NCBI RefSeq assembly: GCF_000181795.1
Contig: NW_003526940.1
Span: forward strand, 2,455,346 to 2,509,076
From: Trichinella spiralis
Lineage: Eukaryota
Direction of reading: 5' to 3'
Length of the DNA: 53,731 bases
This document shows, piece by piece, positions 1 through 18,275 of the stretch. The translations under genes were made by a program, and so were the position numbers. The notes beneath the pieces were generated by a model that was not told the origin of the DNA, searched no databases, and saw only the letters and a list, made by a program, of their open reading frames with translations. The number at the start of each line of letters is the position of its first letter. Within the stretch, counting starts at the first letter, position 1.

Positions 1-3000
1 GAACAAATATTATAAAAAAAACAAAAAAGACAGCAACAAATAATATGCAGCAGACAGCAACAATATTAAATCAAGTACAATTCAGTGCAAGCTAAAAGCT
101 GATTCTTTTGATATTAAATAAAAGTATAACTGCAAATAAATATACTTTATGTTATATTCCCACCACTGAAATTTTGGAAGAAACTCTACATTAGCTTTAT
201 AATAAAGGAAAATATTGCAACAATTTTTCTTTAATGTTTTAATGTTATTTTTATTTATTCAAACTTTGAAAATAGTCACTGGAACTGCAACTGAGGATGA
301 TTAAAATAATTTTCATTTCCATTATTATTTATGCAAGTTTTTTTTTAATTTTAATTAAACAAATTCATTCCAGTAATTATAATTCAAACAGTTGCATCCG
401 TTTCAACAAAAATGCTTTTCATTGAAAAAAAGATGCAGAGCTTTTTGATTTTTCCAAATTCGATCTATAAAACATATTCACCAGAATCATAAAAGTGAAA
501 TGTATAAAAATCATATTTTCGATTAGAGCGAAAATTAATTTTGCAAAATAAATCGTGAACATTCTCATTTTTATATTTTATTTGAAATATATATTAAAAC
601 GATATCAATAGAATGTTTCATAATTTTTATTATCAAATTGTTGAAATTATTAATTAAAATGAAATTTTATTAAACAACACAAAATTTACTTTGTAAAATA
701 CTGATTGTCATTGTTTTGACAGAAACTGAAAGGCATTAGAATGAAAGTTTCTATTATATTAATTTTAATTTTACTTTGCAGTAAAAGTTTGCATTTTCTA
801 ATATGTTTTACAATTTATTATTACTTGAATTTCTGAGATGGGCTATATTTTTTAAAATTGCAAGTTTAGTAATGCAATTTCAAATGCGACAAAGTAAAAC
901 AATAAATAATAATTTATTGCATGAAGATGAAATTATTGATTAAAAATTCCGTTTGTTATTGGTATTAGTGTTATCATTATTAATATTGTTCAATGTCATC
1001 TTGTAAAGCAAGTTTTATTTTGAAAAATAAAGTTTAATTATTAGTGAGAGAAATTGAACACCTGAGAGAAAAAATTATTAATAATTGAAGAAGAAGAATT
1101 GAAACAAAATATTCATTGTGTTTATCAATTGCTGGCTATCTTGACATCGGATGAAAATTCACTTGCTCATTAGTGCAGTTTGCTTACAAGCAGCTGTATA
1201 TAACTCTGCCTATTAAATGATTGGTCACATGCATATCAGAAGACAAGGCGTCCATGTTCATTGACTTTTACTTTCCAATCATTGCATCCACTCTTATGGA
1301 AACGTATTGCTAACACCATTCGTAAGTGAATTCTTATCCCATATTTATTATTATGATACGAAATTAAATGAATTTCATAATTTTTTCAATAAGCTTATTA
1401 TTTTTTACGCACTACTTTTAAATTTCTACTCTATACTTGTAAAAAATGTAGAAAATAAAATCTACATTTAAATAGCATGATTTTAGTTTTCATTAAAAGC
1501 ATTTCTTCTTTCACAACTGTGCAACAATTTCTTTCTCATAAAATATTGCAATCATATTTTTTGATTATTAAATTCATTATATACTTATTGATGCTACACA
1601 CATTCTACACGTCTTGATACTTGATATCCATTATATACATATTTTTATTTATTTATTTATTTACATTTATATAATTGATAATGTTCAATAAAGATATATA
1701 AAAATAAAGAAAATGATACATTTAATTGCTGCGATTTTATTTAATAAATTTTCAATTGAATCTTAACAACTTTCACACAAAACTATTTATTTCATTTCAA
1801 TTTCAGCTGTTAATTATCACATTAGAGTGAAAATAAAAAATATACATGTACTAAAACTACTATACATATTATGTAATGAATGTACTATGTAATCACCAAT
1901 GAGCTCTGAGAATTATTTCTTGACGTCAAGCTGTTTCTAGATAGAAAGAAAAAAAAATTTTTTCTTCGAATTTCTTTCAAATAATAATTATAATTATGTA
2001 ATGAGACATGCATTGAATTTTGCATGCTGGCATAAAATAATTTTCAAAAAAAGAAAGGTAATCATGACAGCATGCTTAGTGTATTTGTATACATGCATAA
2101 TTTGTGTCAATAAAAAAAACACTTTATCGCATTTTGTTAACGATAATTCAATTATAACTTTCGGTTTATGCTTGGGTTGGTTTGGAAGGATATTTTAAAA
2201 AATTCTTCAAAAAAGCATTTTTGAATGTTTTTTGAATTAAGCCAAAAAGCTTTTCGCCTGGGCATGTATTATTTTATTGATTTTCTGTGATAAATGGTTT
2301 AAAAAAAGAAGAAGAAAAGAAAAGAAAAAAGATGGCAGTCAATCTTTGGAGATTCATTTATTCTTGAATAGAAGATGGAAGATTTTTTGAAATTTGGTAA
2401 TTGGTGAGATGAATCTTAAATTCTCCACTTGAAAAGGAAACCGCTGTTTATCAATCACTTAACTTTCCAATGCAAAAATCACTCCAAAATGCTATCATCA
2501 ATTCTACTGGTCATTATAATCTTCGTTTGATAATCCTCAACTCTCTATAAGCAGTCAACCACACCCACTCGATTAAACTGAAATAAACTTTAATATAAAT
2601 AGAAACACAATTGCTATTTTTTACAGTTATTAATTTTTTGCATTCTCCTTGTACAGAATGTTTAAAATTACAACTAAGAATTATTTAATAAATAACTTTT
2701 TGTTTATATTTGTATTTTCATTTCACCTCAACAACAATGCTACCGCTATTATTGCTAATAATAATACTATTGATCATTTTTGATAATTTTCAAAAATCGG
2801 TTGATGAAATATTTAAATAAATATTTTTGAAAATTCCACTTTACGTCTAAAAGCAAATAATCAGATTATTATTGATAAAGATGAAAAATTTATTATTTTT
2901 TTGTATAAATATATTTTTATTATCACTGTTTGTTTTAATGACGAACTCTTTATCTGTATCTTTTTGAAATCAACCTTGTCATCAAGCATTGCAAAGCTTA

Positions 3001-3462
3001 ACAAAAACTGAGCAGTAAAAATTAAATCAACACTCTTCGTCACTGAGAAATTTTTCAGTCGAAAAGCTTATCATTTGTTTAAATTATGTGCAAGCAACTA
3101 GTGTATATATGTAGGTTTTATATGAAATCAAAAGCTGTTAAATCAGTAGAGTGGCGTAGAAAATGATTATTAAAAGCTTATATTCTTATGTTTGTTCAAG
3201 AAGATATGATTAACTTGTTAAACACGAATTATTTTTATTGTTTACAGAAATTAGTAGAATTATAACTGATGATGGCGGTTCAGAGTTGAAAATTTGTTTA
3301 TTCACATTTCTTAAAACTGAGATTGCCCTTTTGCTTAAAAGTAAATCAAATAATTCTCAGGGCGTAAATTAAGTGAAAGAGCTTAACAATGCAATGAAAA
3401 TGCTTCATTACATAAAGTTCAGCTTGACATTTCCTTTATTTAAATCTTTGAGTTTAATAAGC

Positions 3463-3533
3463 TGCTACTATTACTATTACTACTACTACTACTATTAATA
3501 CTACTACTACTACTACTACTGCTACTGCTGCTA
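3463..3533. repeat. (TAC/TGC)n trinucleotide microsatellite
   Basis: Direct run of ctactactac...gctactgctgcta with a few interruptions. Confidence 0.85.
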
Positions 3534-4079
3534 TCGGATTCGATGATTGCTTAACAAATAGTTTTATAATGCTTTCTCAAAGCAAATTGATCCAATCCAA
3601 TCCAATCTATTGTCAATACATAACTGCGTCTGTTGATAAATATTGCATTCAAAATTGAATTTATCCATCTTTACAAAACTTAAAAATTATCAAATGCATA
3701 ACATGATAAATAAATGAAGTTCACTGAAGTTCAACTTTTAAAAGTTATCAAATAAAAAAACAGTGATAATAATAATATTATTAATAATAGCAGTAGCATT
3801 TCAAGAGAAAAAATGAAAATACTTTTAAAGTTCTTTTGTTGCAATATTAGACAATAAGACAACTGCATACATTTTATACCTTAGATTTACTTTATCAAAT
3901 GTTTCAAATATGGATATTATTTTTGTTAGCTCTTTTTTTTCTCTCCAGTTTAGATGAAAAAGATTGAAATTTCAAGCTATTTTACCTATAATTATTCCAT
4001 CATTTCAGATATCTAAGCGCAACAAGCCAGCAGCCATTTGCATCACCAAAGAACTAAAGACATTGAATATTCACAACAA

Positions 4080-7897
<3,818 letters not shown>

Positions 7898-8175
7898 AAA
7901 ACTGCTTTCTAATTAAATTAAATGAATATTATAATTTATTTTTAAAAATGCAAAGAAATCAATAAATTTAAACTCACAAAAAACAACTGCCATTTTTTGA
8001 TACAGTGTTTATATGAGATTTGCTGAAGTAAGATGCAAGATTTTACATGCTTTTTGGAATAATTGATATGCAGGTGCTATTGTGAATACAATTAGAAATT
8101 TATCAGAAAAAAATGCATAAGCTACACTTCTGGGACAAAGTTTTACTGAGTTGTAATGGAAATTTTTTACTCATT

Positions 8176-9835
8176 TTAAAAATCATCATAAGAAGAGACA
8201 CAATTTACATGATCGAAATGAGACAACGTGGCCGTGTTGTCATTGTCCCAAGGTGATTTGGCAAAGTCGTTCTGTTTGAAAAAATTTTTCACTTCATTTT
8301 TGTACTGAAGAGCAAAACGTCGAGGATCTCTGGCAAGTACTAGAACGGGTGTTTTAAACAACTGTGATAATATTACATATTCATATTTTTGTTCACTGTT
8401 CAAAGCACCCGTTTTGACAATAAAATCTGAAAACAAATTGTACAATTCCGTTAAATAAAATTAAAATAAATAAATGTTTTATTTTTGAGCTTTAAATAAT
8501 GTAATAAAGAAAAAAAGAAGTAATATTACTTTTCAAATAAAAATTACCACATGAATATTTAATTCATATAATTTATGATGTAATTAATTAATGACAGTTA
8601 ATCTTTTTCAAAAAGCACACTGATGTAAACTGGTGTAATGTAATTAATGATAATAATTTATAAAAATCAAAAGTATGACAACAAAATAGCACTTACAAGG
8701 GCACACATCTTCTTGGCGACCTGTGAAATATAAAAAGCCACCAGGATCTGGACCGATTTTGAAAGCTTCACCCCTAGAAGTTAGGACAGTACCATTTGGT
8801 CCGTTTGGCCTGTAGAATTCTTTAATAGAAAATGTAGCAATATACTGCGATTGTTCAATAATTTTTACTAAAAAGATATTATAATTTGATCATTCTTTTT
8901 TGTTCAATTTACCAAAAATGTCTTCTCACTGTCAACAACGCTGCAAATTTCATCGTAAAATCCACTGCTGTCCATTACCTAAAAAATTATATCATTCATT
9001 ACAAATCATAGCAAAAAAAATTGACCAATTTTAATGAAAGAAGTGTGTATCACACTGATAGAGAGTTTCATTTTGCTCATAAACTGGAAAATTTATCCAG
9101 TATTACATAAAATTTGCTTTCTTTATTATGATAATCTTTTGAAAAATTGTCTGTGTTCGTTCATTTATTAATCTTCATTAATCAAAAGAAAATTACTGTT
9201 ATCGGTTAGCGTGACTTTTTCTAATAAGAAAAAATTAAGAACATTTGACTAAAAAATTCTTCCAACAAAACAGCAGTACCTGCAACACTTTTACGATAAT
9301 GTGAAAGTCGTCACTGTTAAAAAACTTGCAAACTGTCTATTCAATAAAACAAACCAAGCATAAAATATTAATTAAAAATAAAAAAATTAAAACAAATAGA
9401 TAAGAATACTTACACGATACCATTTACCAGCTAGTTTATTTGGATCGATGCTTTGAATAGCAAAAAATAGTTCACTGTACATTTTTTGAAGAAACTGTTC
9501 TCCATGACCGTCGGCTAGCATCTATTAATGAAAAGAAACAAAAAAAGTTTTTTAATAATCAAAATTTTCAAATTAAAATAAATTTAATAAACTTTAATCG
9601 TGCTGGACAAAATGTCGCCCTGAGGAAGTTCTTCAAAGCCAGGCTTGCACGAGCGCACGTAAAGTTGTAACACGTCGGTGCCGCTGATTGAATTTCCCGG
9701 AACGGGTATGCCAAAAAATGAAGAACTTCGCTTAATTGTACTGGTCAAGTTTTCTTCAATTTCCACTTGACCATTGGTCAGTTGTAAAATGACCGTGAGA
9801 AAGAGAACTGAAAATCGATTTTTCAAAATTTGCAT
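8176..9835 (-). CDS. lpr-1: Secreted lipocalin-related protein (nematode LPR-1-like), multi-exon
   Basis: Signal-peptide-like N-terminus; lipocalin GxW motif (LAGKWY, ~9420); GPDPG..TG..DVCPY; YEYVILSQ..PVLVLARDP..F..Y..EV. These match nematode LPR proteins from memory, so the orthologue assignment is not verified. Confidence 0.8.
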
Positions 9836-10275
9836 CACAACAAACAGAATGAACAAAAGAATTTCTGACCACGAAGAGGAGAGGGGATGCAGAAGAGAAT
9901 GGGAAAATTATATCGCTGAACAATGGACCAACGGGTAGGTAGGAGGTGAACGACCTGAAGCGACCTCAGCAAACAGGAAACAAAATAGACCAACAACAAA
10001 ACAGAGTTCGGTGTTCTCTACCAGCCTTGGCTGTAAACAAATAAATAAAAATTCAAACAAATTATTCATAATTTTTTTTAAATTAACAATTCACTTTAAA
10101 CAATAATCGTTCAACAATTGAAACAGAATAAAATTTTGTCATTAAAATATTAATGGAAATAAATAGTTCAAATGTAATAATTTCGTATAAATTATTTATT
10201 CATTAATCGAAAATTTCCTACTTTCTTCGTGCTCTGGGCAACTTTATGAAGGAATAATTTCACAAACAAAACAAC

Positions 10276-10346
10276 GCGTCGGTGGTTCAGTGGTAGAATG
10301 CTCGCCTGCCACGCGGGCGACCCGGGTTCGATTCCCGGCCGACGCA
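10276..10346 (+). tRNA. tRNA-Gly (GCC)
   Basis: 71-nt cloverleaf: acceptor GCGTCGG/CCGACGC, A box TGGTTCAGTGG, anticodon GCC at 10308-10310, T loop GGTTCGATTCC, downstream T-run terminator. Confidence 0.97.
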
Positions 10347-10801
10347 GTAATTATTTCTCTCCTTTTTCTAAAACAGCAATTTTGCAATACTTTCTTGAAA
10401 CAGATTATCTGCAAAAAAAATTATCCAAATATACATGCCTCCGTTTCACATTACATTCATTCGTATGCATAAAATTTGAGTTGTGAATAAAAAAAAATTT
10501 TTTTAATGTCTGAAAGTGATAATAAAAAAATGAAATTTCATCCAAAATCTATCACATTTATAATGATTCAATTTAAAAAAAGCATTTGCAAAAAGTGCAA
10601 AAACAAATGGCTAGTTTAAATATGCTTTTTTACAAAAAAGACAGTCGACAAACTTCAAAACTTACATGTATTTTTTTCATTCAACATGTTCAATTTCTTT
10701 AAAATTGATCTTAAAAAATAAATTGAAAACCATCGACCCAAATTAAAAAAAAACAGACGATATTAGAGACAACGAACATTTTATTTAAATTTTAATATAT
10801 A

Positions 10802-13800
10802 TCAGCTCGATCCATCCCCTAATCGTAATTGTTCCACACGATCCGGATAAAGGAAGGCAAATCGGTGCTTCCAAATTTCCCATTTCACATCGCCAAGAGC
10901 TTTCGACTTTTCCACCACATACTGTAAAATCTGCAAAAGAAAAAATATTAACCAAATATACGCTTCTCGATGCTGGACTTAGTTGGGGCGTGGAAAATTT
11001 AAAAATGAACGAAAAAGTTAACCACAGCATTCGGCTCCTCTTTCCAGACTGCATTTCGAAAAGTGGTCAGATTTTCGAGCTTCAATTGATTCGTTTCGTC
11101 CAAAAAATCCAACAAAATCATTTTCACCCACGATTCATTCATCGCAACTGCAAACAATTCACACAAAAATGCCGCATTCAATTTCTAAAAATAAAAATTT
11201 GTCGTATTCGCAATTTATCGAACAAAAATGTGAACAATTAATTAATTTTTTCATTACAACCTGTCGATACAAGTACAACAAATAGAAGAAGGCATCTTTC
11301 AGAGATTTGCTGAACTTTGAAAGTAAATTCAAAGCACGCTTTGAAACGTCTTCGAACGGCATATCAGCTTGGAATAAATTCCAAAGCAAACAAACCAAAC
11401 CAACTGGTGGCATTTCGTCCAAATTTAACCTAAAGAGAAAAAAAATGTTTTTTTTTTTCAAAAAATTCAATTCAAAATGCGCACTCACTCGGCCAGCAAT
11501 GCTTCACAATGATCGGCAGTAATCCCGTTTGTTAACAGATGTTTGCAGCAAATTCCCAAAGCTCTCTGGGTAGAAGTTTCGGCAAAAATTGCCAAGTTTT
11601 CAAAATCTGAAATATTACAGCAAAAAAAAAAGAATTTTGTTTTCATCTTCGAAAAGTAAAACAACCAAATTATCAAAAAAACCATCTCGATTACTTTCAC
11701 AAGCTTCTTCTACAAGCGATTTGCGCCAACTGCATCCAGCCATCATAGCATATCGAAGAGGCAAATTTCCTTCGGCTGCCTCATCATCAGGTTCGTACAT
11801 TTTTGCTATTTTCCAATCCAATCTATTCACAAATTGAAAAAATAATATCAAACCCACACGCAGTGATAATTTTTAAAAAACTAATCTTCTTCTACCCAGC
11901 TAATCTCAATATATTCGTTTTCACAATCACTCTCGTCTCTTTCCAATCACAATCGTCAGAATTCATCAGGGCCAAAGAACTGCAAATGTGCAAAAAATAC
12001 ACAATAAGTTGCAAACATCAAGCAACCATATCAATGATGACTTCTTACTCATTGTAAGCTTTGTACGCAGCATTATAATCGCCTCGAATTTCAAAGAATA
12101 CGCCAAGATTATTTAATGTTATGGGATTCGAATAGAACAAATCTACAAACAACGCGTAAAAAATGTAAAATTGAAACAAAACTGATCAAATCAACAACAA
12201 TAACCAACAGAAATGGATAATTTATTTACATATAACTGTTGGAAATATTTCGGATACAAATAGCAAATCTTTCACGTTAAAATGATCGCAATGGCCATGT
12301 TTCTTTGTAAATTCGACTAAATTTTCACAAAAGCGGCGACCATAATCAAAAACTACAGATCGCTAAAAAAAGTTTCATACAATATCATATAATAATTAGT
12401 TCATTTGATAATTTTAATTAACATATCATTTTCATATAAGCAATCATCACCTGGCAAGATATACGACAGCTTTCTTTCAAAATGTCCAACGTGCTTTCAG
12501 ACTGCTTCACTTTTTCTGAAAGCAATCCCATCCCATACCAACTGTGTCCATAACAGGCAGTCATATTTTGAGCATTACGAAAACATTCATAAGCAAGGTC
12601 GTAGTCGTGATTTTCCAAATAGAGCATTCCAAGATTTGTCCAACTTTGCACACTTTCCCTATTAATCATTATAGCTCTAATGAAACAGTGCTGCGCCAGT
12701 TTCGGTTTGCGTAATCTAGCGGCAGCGAAGCCTTCAAAAAAGCAAATTCAAAAAAAAATTAACAATCGCATTTCCACCAACATATTTATTGCGCAGTTGA
12801 GCGTATGAGAAAGGAAAAAAAATGCAAATTCTCACCAAAAATAATCCAATTGGAAATAACGTTCGGCTGTGCTTTGATCGTTCGTTTCAAAGCTTTCAAC
12901 GCCGGACGACCAACTTTACGAAGCTGGTCGTCCAAATCCTCGTCGGATGCTTTTTTGCACAAATAAACTGCGCACAGTGCCATGGAACGAGCTACTTGGC
13001 CGTAAACATTGGACGGATAACGTCCAATGCATGACCAACAGTTCAAATAATGCTGCCAAGCTTTCCTGGCCCAGAGGATCGGATTCGGCTGTCGGTAAAT
13101 GGCCATGGCAAATTGGGCATCGGCGAGAGTTTTCTCCACAAACATCGCCGACGGTCGAAGTTGAAGAGCTCGTTCGAGTGGTTCAACAGCTGCACACCAA
13201 CTACGGAAAGCGATCCCAAATTTGCCTGCCTTTTCGTTCACTCTGGCCTTGTAAGCATACGCGTGACCAGTGGAAAACAACGGTGCCCAGTGTTCTTCGC
13301 CAATACGACCGTACGTTTCGAGCGCCTCTTCGAAACGTTGAGACTTTTGCAGCGCATCTCCAAGCAGCTGGAGATGGTACATGTCGGGATTGAATTTGCA
13401 ATATTGCCTCCAAATTTTCGCCGCCGTCGGCCAGTTGCCTTGTCGATAAAACGACTCGGCCAACAAATCCAACGACACCAGATCACCGTTTTCGGTAACG
13501 CCGGCCGGAGATGGACAAAGACGTTGGAACGCTTTGATCGCTTTGATCGGATTGTTGCCCTTGAAAAGTTGATACATGCCGACCTCTCGCCACGCCCAAG
13601 TCCACTGGTCGAATTGTCGATAGCCGGCGCTCTTTTCCAACAATTCCATATTTTCCTCATTTTTGCCCAACGAACAATACCTTTCACTCAAGGAGCGAAT
13701 GATCAGCCTGTCGTACGGTCGCAAATGGACCGCCCATTTGAAACATTCCAACGCTTTTCCCGTGGGACCTTCGGTCAACCAAAGCAACTGACCGAGGCTG

Positions 13801-16736
13801 AAAAACGACGGGGCGTGGTAGGCGTTCAATTTGCAAGCTTGCAACAGTTCTTTCAAAGCAACAGCCGGATCTTGTCCAATCGAACGCAACGTTTCACCCA
13901 TCAAATAGTGGGCTTGGGCGTCGTCGTCGTCGTTTTGATCCATAGCGGCCGTCGCTTCAGCCAACGCTTCCTGCAGCTTTTCCATCCGCAAATAGCATTC
14001 GGCACGAGCGCAGTGAATTTCATAGCCGGTCTCATCTTGGGCCAACAGTTCCAAACCCCTCGCCACGTCACCCTCTTGGGCCAGCAGCAATGCCAAACAG
14101 ATCCTGGCACGTTGTACCGTTCGTTCGCTGAACGGCAAATGAATCTGAGCCAGAAGTTCTAAGCAATATTCTTTCGCCTGTTCATAATTCCACTGCAGTT
14201 CACGGTAAATTTCTGCCAAACGCAAACGTAAAATATAATAACGCGGACGTGAATCCATGCCCAAATTCAATTTCACCACTAAAATCAATTCAAAAAACGA
14301 AATTAAATTTTAAAATAATATGCACCCCCCCCCTATATATATATATTGTGCAAATTATTTCCCATTCTTGTACTTTCTTCAGCCACTAGCTGTGCATTCA
14401 AATAATCGTGCTTGTGTACGTATGCAACAATCAAAAAAAAACCAATTTCAAACCGATACGGGATATACTCTAGAAAAACAAATTACACTTGCCATAAGAT
14501 GATAAAAATTTTACAATTGACAGATGCTCACTGTTTCTAACTAAATAGAGTGGAGGCAAATTTGAACGAATACTTTCTTCACCATAATCGACAGTATTGC
14601 TATCACGGCAGTCTCCATGCATGCCTTTCAAACCGACGCCTCGAAAAATAGTATTCAAAATTTCTGCAGCTCTATCATAATTGAACGTGTCAATCTCTCG
14701 CAAGCCATCTACCAGTGTCATAAAAGCCCATCCTATATCGCCGCTGTGCGCCTGCATATGGTCAAAGTTATTGAACAGATATTCTTCACACTCGTCCATT
14801 ACAGACATGTCAATGTCAATTTCTGAAACAACATTTATGTTCTTTTTTTTCAATGAAGAAATGCAACAATGCTTACCGTCACTGTTAATATCGATATATA
14901 TATGGCCTATTAATTTGAAAACTTGAATTAAAAATGCCAAATCTTTGTTTTCAGTCATTTTTGTTAGTGCCAACCCTTCTATCAAAGCTTTCTTTGAAAA
15001 AAAATGCTATAAAAAATATTTATGCTCAAAAAGCAAACAGAAAGAAAAACAAATATAAACACACACTGCACCTAGGATATTTCAAATCAAGTATTTCACA
15101 TTATGGTTTAATTTCAATCTCAAAAATGAAAAATACTGACGAAAAACAAAAAAATTTTTTCACTTACCTTTTGACAAAATTCTGCATATTTCAATTGAGC
15201 ATCAGTTGACACCAAATGTTTTTTCAACATAATCTCATAACTGTCGAACACCTAAAATTGAATATTTTTATGATAATTTTTCCATTGAAGGGGGAAAAAA
15301 TCTTGCCAAACGGATGCCATCTTCGGAAAGGCAACCTTTGAAAGAGGAGAGTAAATTGAAAATATCGCTCGCCCAATCATTAATCACCTCCAATTCGTCA
15401 TTCACATCACCCAAATATGCAAACAATTCTGACAATGCCTGATAAAATGTAAAACTGCTATGTGGATATCAAAATTATTTTCAGAAAAATACCTCTTCTC
15501 TTTTTCCCAAATCGACTAATGACTTGAATAATTTTAAAGTCAGTTTTTTTCTGTTTTCCCTGAAGTGAATGATACAATTAATTCAACAAAATTTTAATTA
15601 TTTCATTTAATTCAAAAATAAACAACAACGGCAAGTATAAATTATATATATATATTCATTTTTGATTGAAATAGGAAAAATAATTATAGTGCAATTTTGG
15701 ACTCACTTCTCCACCTGAATCAACTTGCGCAATACTTCCACGTGAAGAATGTCGTTAAAATTGAACGTCTCGTAATACATTTCCAAACCCTAATTAATCA
15801 TTTATGAAGAACAAATTATAAAATTCACAAAACTGGACAAAATGTAGTCTCTCAAATTCACTTTCCACGCGTTGACATTGTCCGGCTCAATTTCCAAGGC
15901 AGCTTTCAAAAATTTCTTTGCTTCAGTGTAATTGTTCAAAAAAATATAACATAAACCAGAAAACAAAAAACCAAAGTAACACTTCGTATTGCAATTCAAA
16001 ATCGTCTAAAAATTCAACATATTTATTTCAAATATTATTCCAATGTTTATCAGCAAACAATTTATAAAGCCATTTTCATTTTTCATCATTGAATTTGTAA
16101 ATAATTACAACTTCAGTTCAATCTTTTTCTTATCTTATTAAAACAATGCCGCATTAAATGTTTTTCAAACTACGAAACAACAAAACTTTGAAATCAATAC
16201 TATCTACATTAACTGCTGCTGCTGCTGTTGAAAATTACAAATTTATACAACAATGATCGATAAAATTGTTAACATTTTCTCTTGCTATCAAAATTAATTT
16301 TCCAAAGAAACAAATCCTGATTTTCAACTGCACTTCGAAAATATGCTAATTTCATTCTATTTTGCATAACTTTCATACCTTATGATTAAATTTATAATTT
16401 CGTTTATACTGAATAAAAAATAACAAATTTAACACTGCTTCATTTCTTCATTTAAGTAAAATATTAAATAATGCATACTTTACAAATTTCAAGACATTTA
16501 TTATACTCCTTTTCTTGATACTTTGCTTTTGCATCTTTTAACAGTGCTTTCTCCTCTTTTGGATCCATGACACGTGATGGTTGATCAATGACAACATTTT
16601 GCTGATTCTTGGCAGACGATTCTGCCGCATCTTCACAAATAGAAACACCTTTGCTCCTTCCTTTAGTCGTATTCTTATTGCAGGTATTTTTATTCTGCTT
16701 TTTCGTCTTTTTATCTTTGTTCTTCGGCACTTTCAT
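10802..16736 (-). CDS. TTC37: SKI complex TPR subunit SKI3/TTC37, multi-exon
   Basis: N-terminal LKDAKAKYQEKEYNKCLEICK..ALEIEPDNVNAWKGL and internal LAQHCFIRAI..WTNLGMLYL..AYECFRNAQ match TTC37/SKI3. TPR repeats occur throughout, with one large exon at 12836-14278. The 3' exon boundaries are approximate. Confidence 0.88.
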
Positions 16737-17699
16737 CCTGATGAAGTATAAAGTTTCCTCATGTATTTTCTACCAAAACACTGCTTAAAATAGAACTGAA
16801 AATAAAACAAATTCTAATATAAATTTAACAACAAGTGTCCATTTGAAAAACTCAAATTTTACAACACGACAAAATACAGTATTATATAATACACAAAATA
16901 TTTCAGTTCTGAATAAAAAAATTATGATAAACAAAAAACATTCGCTGAACGTACCGCTTTCAAAAAATAAAATATACCTAACCTAAGTCTAAATATATCA
17001 TGCATAACTATAAAATGATAGTAATGAATTTTGTCTGTGAACTCATTCAAAAAATAATGAAATGTATGAGATTCAAGTCTTTCATTAGTAGTATCATAAA
17101 ATATAAACAACGCATTAAATTAATAATAACTTACAGTAACAGAATGTCTCGAGTATATGAAGATAAACGTTTTTCAGTATATTTAAAAACCAAAAACTAT
17201 CTTCAACAACGAAGAACTAGTTGTTATAAATTTGTACGATAGTAGTAACAGTAAACATGTACCTGATTATCAAATTTTTAATGGTAATTAGAACATGTTT
17301 GTAAATTCTCAGGTATATCATGATTTGTCAAACTGTTTCGTTATTATCTTATGTAAATAATATGAAAGAAATCTTTCACTAACTGTAAAGATTGGTACAC
17401 GTGAAAATTTTATTTTATAAATAACAATCAATGGAGCAAGACAGCACTGTTTGGTGGTGCTTACCTTTTAAGCGTGTTTCATCAATGCACGTAAATCACG
17501 ACTTCGTGTAGGCGAAGAAGCCCTGTAAGTTATGTAGGTTCTAATACACTGGCAATTACAGACAATCAGGTTTGTGAACGCAATTCAATATTCGTTAAAA
17601 TTGCGCGACTTACTCATCCGTTCCTTTCTATTGTAAACAGATTAGAGTTAATATTAGACTTGGGGTAGATTCGATGTTGACATGAAGACATGCTGCTTC

Positions 17700-18275
17700 A
17701 AAATATGATTGGTTTTAAATTTCATCGTTGCTGGGAACCTAAATTTTACTGGTTGTCATTGTTATGCGTGCTATTTGTCAAATTTTGATTTCTTTTTAAT
17801 GGTCACTTTTATATTCTAAGCTTTACTATTTATCTTCTATATATTAGTAGTAGCTAAATTATAAATTTAAAAGCTGACTAGCATTTCAAAATTATAAGTT
17901 TATTAACAAATTTTCTTGCGGTTTCATAGTTTAAATTAAAGTATAAATTGAATTTAGAAGTTACGGATGCTATTAGTAAGACGTGGATTCACCATTTCAC
18001 TGAATTTTATTAAATAATTAATTGTAATTAATTTCACCAAATAAATATCATAAAATTGTAATTTTTTAATATATACATACACAGAAAATAAATAGTAAAG
18101 CTTTGAATATCAGAAAACTGACCATTAAAAAGAAATCAAAATTTGACAAATAGCACGCATTACAATGACAACCAGTAAAAAATTTAGGTTTGCGACAACG
18201 AATAAAAAAACTCATCGCAACAACAACTAATGAAATTTAGCCCGGTTGAAAACCAATGAAATTTAAAGCCAATCA
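17700..18275. repeat. Long inverted repeat pair (foldback/MITE-like)
   Basis: 17736-17805 is a near-perfect reverse complement of 18119-18190. Similarity extends inward to ~17840/18078 and outward (TGATTGGTTTTAAATTTCAT vs ATGAAATTTAAAGCCAATCA). Confidence 0.8.

Noticed and set aside
1..3400. Short ORFs and A/T hairpins in the AT-rich left end
   Set aside because: Low-complexity intergenic or intronic sequence with no supportable product.
10290..10486. Two short ORFs
   Set aside because: They overlap the tRNA-Gly gene and are spurious.
13050..14162. 370-aa plus-strand ORF and other overlapping ORFs
   Set aside because: Antisense shadows of the GC-rich SKI3 exon; no recognisable motifs.
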